Shown here: positions 26,324-32,000 of the stretch, piece by piece | Position numbering within the stretch: the first letter of the stretch is position 1 | Layout of the letters: the number at the start of each line of letters is the position of its first letter | Source of the DNA: Alkalinema sp. FACHB-956 | GTDB taxonomy: Bacteria; Cyanobacteriota; Cyanobacteriia; Leptolyngbyales; Leptolyngbyaceae | Assembly (NCBI RefSeq): GCF_014697025.1 | Contig: NZ_JACJRC010000019.1 | Location: 69,081-101,080, forward strand | Length of the DNA: 32,000 nt | Direction of reading: 5' to 3' | Notes under the pieces: generated by a model | Databases searched by the model: none | Seen by the model: the letters and a program-made list of their open reading frames with translations, nothing else | Told to the model about the DNA's origin: nothing | Translations under genes and position numbers: made by a program

Positions 26324-26428
26324 CACCTGCTAGCCCAGCGCACACAGGCAGCCCTGATGGGGGATTTGGCAACACTTTACGCAGCGATTTTACACCTAGA
26401 TGGAGAAGTTAGAATAGAGGCAGGCTAA
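26324..26428 (+). pseudogene. Orphan STAND-gene 3' tail, copy 3 (truncated; diverges after ..LHLDGE)
   Basis: It reads HLLAQRTQAALMGDLATLYAAILHLDGEVRIEAG*. Positions 26324-26408 are homologous to copies 1 and 2, then replaced by GTTAGAATAGAG... Confidence 0.5.
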
Positions 26429-26449
26429 CGTGATTTATAAGAGACTGAG

Positions 26450-26698
26450 ATGAATATTACCTTGAGACCCGAACAACAAGCATTTCTTCAGACACAGCTC
26501 GAATCCGGTGCATACATCAACCCAGACGATCTCATTAACGATGCGATCGCCCTTCTCGCAGCCAAGCACCAAAAACTACGCGAACTCCAACAAATGATTG
26601 AGATTGGGACTGAACAAATTCAACGCGGAGAAGTCACTGACGGGGAACAAGTCTTTGATCGGTTACAAACTCAGTATGGCTTTTCCACGGAATCATGA
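26450..26698 (+). CDS. ParD-like (CopG/RHH-type) antitoxin
   Basis: 82 aa. MNITLRPEQQAFLQTQLESGAYINPDDLINDAIALL.. is the ParD4/TIGR02606-like pattern. It overlaps the toxin gene by 4 nt (ATGA). Confidence 0.75.
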   Translation: MNITLRPEQQAFLQTQLESGAYINPDDLINDAIALLAAKHQKLRELQQMIEIGTEQIQRGEVTDGEQVFDRLQTQYGFSTES

Positions 26699-26982
26699 AT
26701 ACCTATTCATTCTCCGCAGAAGCCATTCGGGACTTAGAGTCTATTTGCCAGTATATTTCTCAAAACAACGACTGGGCCGCCAGCAAAACGTTTGATGCAA
26801 TCCGAAAAAAGGCAAAGCTCCTCGCTCAATTTCCTAGTATGGGTAAGGCATACAATCAACTCGCTCCCAATCTCAGAGGTGCCCCTGTAGAAGACTACCT
26901 GATTTTTTATTATCCCAGGCCAGACGGTATTGATATTGTGAGAATCATAAGTGGCTATCGAGATCTAGAACAACTTTTCTAG
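26695..26982 (+). CDS. ParE/RelE-superfamily toxin
   Basis: 95 aa. A.RDLESICQYIS..N...A..F...I......L..FP.MG and YLIFYYPRPDGIDIVRIISGYRDLE fit the ParE pattern. Confidence 0.8.
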   Translation: MNTYSFSAEAIRDLESICQYISQNNDWAASKTFDAIRKKAKLLAQFPSMGKAYNQLAPNLRGAPVEDYLIFYYPRPDGIDIVRIISGYRDLEQLF

Positions 26983-27125
26983 AAGAAATTGAATCTAGAA
27001 AAAACGAAGTACCAGGCAGCAATCATAGTCCTGAAGCAAAACCGTCTTCAGAAAATCAACAAAATAGATGACGCATTTTAGCAGAGGTTAGAATAGAGCA
27101 GTCGATCGCTTGAGGGAGAATCATT

Positions 27126-27383
27126 ATGACGATTCAGGAACTAGAGCAAGAACTGCTTATGCTCGATCGTAACGAACGGATTCGACTCATTCAGGTCATT
27201 GCCCAAAGCTTAGCTCTCCCATCTCAAGACGTTGACGAAGCCTCCACCCAAAAAATGACCATCGTAGACGCGATCGACGAAGTTCGTCGAAATATATCGC
27301 CGGAAGAACTCGACCCCAACGCCGAGGATATTTGGGCAACCATCCGAGATCAAACCCCAGTAAACCAAGAACCTCGGTGGTAA
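27126..27383 (+). CDS. Antitoxin-like 'addiction module component' protein
   Basis: 85 aa. MTIQELEQELLMLDRNERIRLIQVIAQSL is the typical TIGR02574-like N-terminal helix. A vapC remnant follows 3 nt downstream. Confidence 0.65.
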   Translation: MTIQELEQELLMLDRNERIRLIQVIAQSLALPSQDVDEASTQKMTIVDAIDEVRRNISPEELDPNAEDIWATIRDQTPVNQEPRW

Positions 27384-27386
27384 ATC

Positions 27387-27464
27387 ATGCACTATCTTCT
27401 CTATACCAATATTCTGGCGGAACCCAGCAAACTCCAACCTAATCAAAACGTACTCGATCGATAA
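27387..27464 (+). pseudogene. vapC: Truncated vapC (PIN) remnant, 25 codons
   Basis: MHYLLYTNILAEPSKLQPNQNVLDR* matches the PIN N-terminal strand and helix (LLDTNvl.E..k..Pn..V). The first catalytic Asp is replaced by Tyr, and the ORF ends where the opposite-strand gene pair begins. Confidence 0.55.
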
Positions 27465-27484
27465 CGTTGAGTACTACCTGGATA

Positions 27485-27838
27485 TTACATTGCATAAACC
27501 TGTAATCGATCGCACCACTGTTGCGCTTTCGTAGCCAAAGAAATCCGATCTTCAGCACTTGTCCAACGCTTTTCCCAATCTAATTTCCAATCACTCAGTT
27601 CCCGCTGAAGATTAACTAATTCTGTCGCAATACTAATCTCCGTTTCAAGGTCGATCGTTGGTACTGTCCATTCAATAAAAAACTGACTTTCTCTGACCAA
27701 ATGCTTTGCAACCTGCCCATCATCAATACTATTCGCCAAAGTCTGAATACGAGTTAAATTCAGCGTAATACTTTCTAATTGCGCAGCGCGATCGGATTGG
27801 AGATAGCGTTGTTTTAAGGTGTCCCAATTTATTGCCAT
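27485..27838 (-). CDS. Hypothetical helical protein (117 aa), translationally coupled to the upstream DUF5674-like gene
   Basis: Clean ORF. Its start overlaps the stop of ORF 27829-28182 by 10 nt. I recognise no family. Confidence 0.6.
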   Translation of the reverse strand: MAINWDTLKQRYLQSDRAAQLESITLNLTRIQTLANSIDDGQVAKHLVRESQFFIEWTVPTIDLETEISIATELVNLQRELSDWKLDWEKRWTSAEDRISLATKAQQWCDRLQVYAM

Positions 27839-28182
27839 TGCACACCACCCAAAAAACGATAAATAATATCATTCACTTTAGATCGAATGATTGGATCTTG
27901 AATTTCCATCGATCGATTATTGGCACTGGGTCGAATGTTGATAATTGATTCATGCCCAACGGTCTGGTTAAACGGATACCAATCAGCACCCCAAAGGTCA
28001 GTCTGACGGCTACCATTTTTTAGCAAGACTTGTTCACAGTCTGCATGTAGCTCTCCACCTCCCGCCAAAATATTGCGATCGATGTCCGCTACCAACTTAA
28101 CATAAACCCCCAAGACTTCGAGCATCGCCCGCATTTGTTCAGGGGTGGCACGACTATGCAGGATGAGAATCATACCGTTCAC
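27829..28182 (-). CDS. DUF5674-like protein (117 aa)
   Basis: ATPEQMRAMLEVLGVYVKLVADIDRNILAGGGELHADCEQVLLKNGSRQTDLWGADWYP...INIRPSANNRSMEIQDP matches my recollection of the DUF5674 family. This needs HMM confirmation. Confidence 0.6.
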   Translation of the reverse strand: MNGMILILHSRATPEQMRAMLEVLGVYVKLVADIDRNILAGGGELHADCEQVLLKNGSRQTDLWGADWYPFNQTVGHESIINIRPSANNRSMEIQDPIIRSKVNDIIYRFLGGVQWQ

Positions 28183-28504
28183 GACTGATCAAAATTTTTA
28201 TCCTAACCCAGCCATGACCCTTCCGCATCCTGCTCACGCACCTCACCTCGCCGTTGCCAGATGCCACATTACTAAACATCACAACCTTGCAAACAATCGC
28301 AAAATAGTTGACAGCGCCTCAGTTTACCCCTAGGCTTAGTTTTCATAGCTGAATGCAACCGTGTGCATCAAGTCCCGATTGAATCAGCTACGACCCCAAA
28401 AATTAAGGCGCTGCCCCAGTTGCTTGCAACAACGTAAGGCAGCTAAACCCCGAAGCTGATAACGGCAGCTAGGCGGTCTGACACGGATTGTAACATTCGA
28501 TCGG

Positions 28505-28546
28505 GCCACCCTACTTGTCCTGCGCAAAAGGGTGGCTTTAATTTTT
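28505..28546 (+). terminator. Intrinsic terminator inside the 5' leader of CDS 28584-28802
   Basis: GCCACCCT (28505-28512) and AGGGTGGC (28529-28536) form the stem around a 16-nt loop, followed by TTTAATTTTT. No plus-strand gene lies immediately upstream. Confidence 0.55.
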
Positions 28547-28583
28547 GGGATTTCCTCCCATCACCCCACTTAGGAGAAATCCC

Positions 28584-28802
28584 ATGTTCATTGGCATGAG
28601 CGACCACGATCGCCCGATCGACGACGCCCGCAGACCGCTCCAGTTCTACCTTCTCGGCACCCGCGAAGAAATCCAAGCCACCATCAATCAACTGCAAGTC
28701 CTGCACTTTTGCGAACGCATTCGCTGGAGTCCCCCCATCCCCGTCCTCGGCTCCGATTGGAAATACATCAGCATGATGGAACGAGATCGGATCTTGGAGT
28801 AA
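28584..28802 (+). CDS. Small hypothetical protein (72 aa)
   Basis: The ATG at 28584 is preceded by AGGAG with about 6 nt of spacing. The protein begins MFIGMSDHDRPIDDARRPLQFYLLGTREEIQATINQLQVLHFCERIRWSPPIPV.. It resembles small conserved cyanobacterial proteins I cannot name. Confidence 0.55.
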   Translation: MFIGMSDHDRPIDDARRPLQFYLLGTREEIQATINQLQVLHFCERIRWSPPIPVLGSDWKYISMMERDRILE

Positions 28803-28816
28803 AGACGATCGACGCT

Positions 28817-28849
28817 AAAAACCGGGATTTTTTGAAAATCCCGGTTTTT
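28817..28849. terminator. Bidirectional intrinsic terminator between convergent genes
   Basis: AAAA, then ACCGGGATTT (28821-28830), loop TTTGA, AAATCCCGGT (28836-28845), then TTTT. It is a perfect 10-bp stem with A/T runs on both sides. It sits between the stops at 28802 (+) and 28894 (-). Confidence 0.75.
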
Positions 28850-28893
28850 GAAGTGGTGGATGGATTGCAGAACCTAACTTTTGGGCATCGGCA

Positions 28894-30540
28894 TTAAAAA
28901 TACGATCGCGCCATTTCCAAATGCTTCTGCAACGTCCCGATCGGCAACGGCCCCTGCAAATGACTCCAAGGCAACACCCGATCGATCGGCCACTGGTCGT
29001 ACACATAAAAATCCAAATCCGGCAACTGACCTTTCAACTCCTTAAAAGCCCGCCGATAACTGCCCAACGTATCCCCATAATGCCGCACCAACGCCAAAAG
29101 CTGCGACAACCGTCGATCGCCCCGTGACAACAACGTTTGAATTACCGACCAATTGAAACTCTCAGGCCGAAACTCAATGCCCTGGGGTCGCAATTGCTTC
29201 TGCAAAAACTGTAAACGCTTCTCCGCCTGCTTATTGACCCCATACCACTGAAACGGCGTATGGGCCTTGGGCACAAACGTGCTACAACCCCAAGTCAGCC
29301 GTAATCCCGGAGCCGCTTTTTTCAACGCCTTCAGCATTGCAACCGTTTGTTCCACATCATCCAATTCTTCACTGGGAATTCCCACCATTCCATAGAGCTT
29401 AATGTTACTTAAACCACCCGCTTTAGCATTGATGCCCGCATTGATAATTTCATCATTCGTCAGCTTTTTATTCACCACATTACGAATGCGATCGCTGCCA
29501 CTTTCCACCGCGATCGTGATCGATCGGGTATCATGCTTCACCAACGTTTCTGCCAACTTTTCCGTAACCGTATTCGTCCTCACAGACGCAATACTTAGCC
29601 GAACATCATCGTACTGGGACTGATTCAAATAATCCAACAGCAAATCAAACTCTGGATGTTGCGTCACCGATGCACCCAGCAATCCTAAACGATTCGTAAC
29701 CGCCAATCCTTGCTGAATCGCTGGAATCAACGACTCTTCTAAACTGGCAGGCCGAAACGGCAACGTCAGATAACTGGCAAGGCAGAAGCGACACATCTCT
29801 GGACAACTGCGCACCACCTCCACCATAAAGATGTTTTCCCAGGCCGCCTTCTCCGTCACGACACTGGACACCGATAATGTATTGCCCCGATAGGTCTGCT
29901 TTTGCACCTGCGCCGGCACGATCGCCTCGATCGGTGCAATCCCTAAAACCGCACCATCCGCACCATCGTAGGTCACCTCATACAAACTCGGCACATAAAT
30001 TCCCGGTACCTGCGCCAAATACTTCAGTTGCGTCGCCCGATCGGCATGGCGCACTTCTTGATAAGCGTTAATAAACGCATCCAACAAAATCTCCCCATCG
30101 CCCAACAGCACCACATCAAAAAAGTCCGCAAAGGGTTCCGGATTAGCCGTCAGAACCGGCCCCCCCCCAAAGACGATCGGATGGGAATCGGTGCGATCGC
30201 GACTCCAAATGGGAATCTGCAACTGCTCCAGCATCGCCAGAATATTGACATAGTCCAATTCCCAGGACACCGAAAATCCCAAAATCTCCGGCTGCGTCGG
30301 TAATGCCTCATGCAGATCCGTAAACAGCCGACTCACCGCCAAGTCCGATCGGGCCGCCAGCGTTGCCCACACCACCTGGTAACCCAAGCTCGTAATCCCA
30401 ATCGTGTACTCATTGGGAAACGCAAAAATTAACGGAATAGCATCGGCAGTGGAAGTAGCAGGCGTAAATAATAAACGCTCAGCAGCGAAGGGAGACACCA
30501 CAGGACAACGGCAGAAAAAACGGCTTATCCAGCGTAACAC
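28894..30540 (-). CDS. Radical SAM protein with an N-terminal B12-binding-like domain (TIGR03960-like, function unknown)
   Basis: 548 aa. The CxxxCxxC cluster motif is present in VRSCPEMCRFCLASY. The conserved N-terminal FPNEYTIGITSLGYQVVW is also present. GTG start; the exact start is uncertain. Confidence 0.88.
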   Translation of the reverse strand: MLRWISRFFCRCPVVSPFAAERLLFTPATSTADAIPLIFAFPNEYTIGITSLGYQVVWATLAARSDLAVSRLFTDLHEALPTQPEILGFSVSWELDYVNILAMLEQLQIPIWSRDRTDSHPIVFGGGPVLTANPEPFADFFDVVLLGDGEILLDAFINAYQEVRHADRATQLKYLAQVPGIYVPSLYEVTYDGADGAVLGIAPIEAIVPAQVQKQTYRGNTLSVSSVVTEKAAWENIFMVEVVRSCPEMCRFCLASYLTLPFRPASLEESLIPAIQQGLAVTNRLGLLGASVTQHPEFDLLLDYLNQSQYDDVRLSIASVRTNTVTEKLAETLVKHDTRSITIAVESGSDRIRNVVNKKLTNDEIINAGINAKAGGLSNIKLYGMVGIPSEELDDVEQTVAMLKALKKAAPGLRLTWGCSTFVPKAHTPFQWYGVNKQAEKRLQFLQKQLRPQGIEFRPESFNWSVIQTLLSRGDRRLSQLLALVRHYGDTLGSYRRAFKELKGQLPDLDFYVYDQWPIDRVLPWSHLQGPLPIGTLQKHLEMARSYF

Positions 30541-30607
30541 TTCTGGTCTAAGGCAACGCGCTTTCCCCTAACAACCCATGACAACTAGCGCCAACAATCC
30601 ATACAAC

Positions 30608-30640
30608 AAGGGCAGGTAAATCTAGGATCTACCTGCCCTT
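30608..30640 (-). terminator. Hairpin downstream of glnA
   Basis: AAGGGCAGGTA (30608-30618) pairs with TACCTGCCCTT (30630-30640), an 11-bp perfect stem. It lies 60 nt after the glnA stop. The U-tract is weak. Confidence 0.45.
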
Positions 30641-30699
30641 GCTTAATTAATCAATTCCGATCGCAACGATGCAGCGATCGTTAAATTGCCATCTACTGC

Positions 30700-32000
30700 T
30701 TAGCAATCGTAGTAGAGCATGAACTCATAGGGGTGAGGCCGGATTTGAACCGGAATCACTTCCCGATCGAGCTTGTAGCTGATCCAGGATTGGATGAAGT
30801 CTTCTGTAAACACGCCACCCGCCGTCAGGTACTCGTGGTCGTTTTCCAGATTCTTCAGCGCTTCTGCCAAGGAACCCGGCGTGGAAGGAACCTTCGCCAA
30901 TTCTTCCGGAGACAGTTCGTAGATGTCCACATCCAACGGTTCGCCCGGATCGATTTGGTTCTTGATCCCATCAATCCCTGCGCAAACCATCGCAGCAAAG
31001 GCCAGGTAGGGGTTGGAGGTTGCGTCGGGGCAACGGAACTCCAAGCGCTTCGCCTTGGGATTGTCACCGGAGAGGGGAATCCGCACGGAAGCAGAACGGT
31101 TCCCTTGGGAGTAGGCTAGGTTCACCGGCGCTTCAAACCCAGGCACCAAACGCTTGTAGGAGTTGGTGGTGGGGTTGGTGAAGGCCAGCAAGGAAGGTGC
31201 GTGCTTCAGGATACCGCCGATGTACCACAGCGCGTTTTGGCTCAGCCCTGCATACTGGTCACCCGCGAAGGTGTTTTGTCCATCTTTCCAGATGGACTGG
31301 TGGCAGTGCATCCCAGAACCGTTGTCGCCAAAGACCGGCTTGGGCATGAAGGTCACGGTCTTGCCGTACTTGCGTGCCACATTCTTAATGACGTACTTGT
31401 AGGTCATCAACCAGTCAGCCGCTTGGATCAGGGTACCGAACCGGAAGCCCAATTCGCACTGGCCGCCCGTTGCCACTTCGTGGTGGTGTTTTTCGATCGG
31501 CACACCCAGCTTCTTCATCAGCAACAGCATCTCAGACCGCATGTCTTGAGAGGTGTCGGTGGGCGCAACGGGGAAGTAACCTTCTTTGTTCCGAGGCTTG
31601 TACGCCAAGTTACCGCCGGGCTCCTGGCGACCAGAGTTCCAAATCCCTTCAGAGCTATCTACGTGGTAGTAGCCTTCATGCTGGTTTTGGTCGTAACGGA
31701 CATCATCAAAAATGAAGAATTCAGCTTCTGGCCCGAAGAAAATCGTATCGCCGAAACCAGCTGCTTGCACGTAATCTACAGCCTTTTGCGCGATCGATCG
31801 TGGGTCACGGCTATAGGCTTGGCCAGTCCGGGGCTCCTTAATCGAGCAGATCAGGCTGAGGGTGGGCACTTCCATGAACGGATCGATCCACGCAGTGCTG
31901 GGATCGGGCACCATCATCATGTCCGACTCGTTGATGGACTTCCAACCCCGAATACTAGAACCATCGAAGGGCACGCCCAGTGTAAAGCTGCTCTCATCAA
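30700..32000 (-). CDS. glnA: Glutamine synthetase type I; the N-terminus lies beyond the right edge
   Basis: ..[29 protein letters not shown].., [29 protein letters not shown] and the adenylylation-loop region are present. The frame stays open to position 32000. Confidence 0.95.
   Translation of the reverse strand, partial: DESSFTLGVPFDGSSIRGWKSINESDMMMVPDPSTAWIDPFMEVPTLSLICSIKEPRTGQAYSRDPRSIAQKAVDYVQAAGFGDTIFFGPEAEFFIFDDVRYDQNQHEGYYHVDSSEGIWNSGRQEPGGNLAYKPRNKEGYFPVAPTDTSQDMRSEMLLLMKKLGVPIEKHHHEVATGGQCELGFRFGTLIQAADWLMTYKYVIKNVARKYGKTVTFMPKPVFGDNGSGMHCHQSIWKDGQNTFAGDQYAGLSQNALWYIGGILKHAPSLLAFTNPTTNSYKRLVPGFEAPVNLAYSQGNRSASVRIPLSGDNPKAKRLEFRCPDATSNPYLAFAAMVCAGIDGIKNQIDPGEPLDVDIYELSPEELAKVPSTPGSLAEALKNLENDHEYLTAGGVFTEDFIQSWISYKLDREVIPVQIRPHPYEFMLYYDC

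Noticed and set aside
24300-26428. The tail copies as variable/template repeats of a diversity-generating retroelement, or as integron attC cassettes
   Set aside because: No reverse transcriptase or integrase gene is present. Differences between the copies are not restricted to adenine positions. No attC-like imperfect palindromes bound the modules.
28145-28706. ORFs 28145-28333 (+) and 28443-28706 (-)
   Set aside because: The first overlaps the DUF5674-like gene start and promoter region and has no SD. The second is antisense to the predicted leader/terminator and to the SD-preceded 72-aa ORF. Neither has recognisable motifs.
1-32000. A scan for tRNA, rRNA, tmRNA, transposase or integrase genes
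   Set aside because: I saw no T-loop/acceptor-type sequences (GGTTCGAATCC-like), no rRNA-like conserved blocks and no DDE or tyrosine/serine recombinase motifs in any long ORF. A tRNAscan/Infernal run would be needed to exclude small RNAs.

Overview
This is a cyanobacterial chromosomal segment. CGATCG / HIP1-type GCGATCGC palindromes occur roughly every 100 bp, and cp12, glnA, glmM, mutL and lepB are present. Positions 1-19.7 kb and 28.9-32 kb carry ordinary core genes: radC (partial), a DUF2064 protein, mutL, glmM, cp12, a FIST protein, lepB, cell-wall proteins, a Moco oxidoreductase, a lytic transglycosylase, an MFS transporter, a TPR protein, a radical SAM protein and glnA (partial). Short intergenic tandem repeats and one decayed DUF3574 gene lie among them. 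Positions ~19.8-28.85 kb form an accessory island, and it has four parts. (1) It starts with a same-strand array: a xisH remnant plus xisI, then a 160-aa coiled-coil ORF, then an 1136-aa NB-ARC (STAND) NTPase with a helical-repeat C-terminus. (2) Three orphan copies of the last ~45-50 codons of such a STAND gene follow. Each is followed by a small module: xisH-xisI, a DUF2281-like antitoxin with VapC, or ParD-like/ParE-like. (3) Next come an antitoxin with a truncated vapC, an overlapping pair of small uncharacterised genes, and a 72-aa ORF behind a terminator-containing leader. (4) A bidirectional terminator closes the island. The most interesting signals are listed here.
- A dnaX-type A_AAA_AAG slippery heptamer with a downstream stem-loop sits exactly where the 160-aa ORF ends, and the -1 frame reads through a Ser/Pro linker into the NB-ARC domain.
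- A sharp codon-regime and GC break occurs inside the STAND gene at the NOD/sensor boundary.
- The displaced 3' tails form a cassette-like array.
I recognised no rRNA, tRNA, CRISPR array, transposase or integrase. All family assignments come from motif recognition by eye and need HMM/BLAST confirmation.
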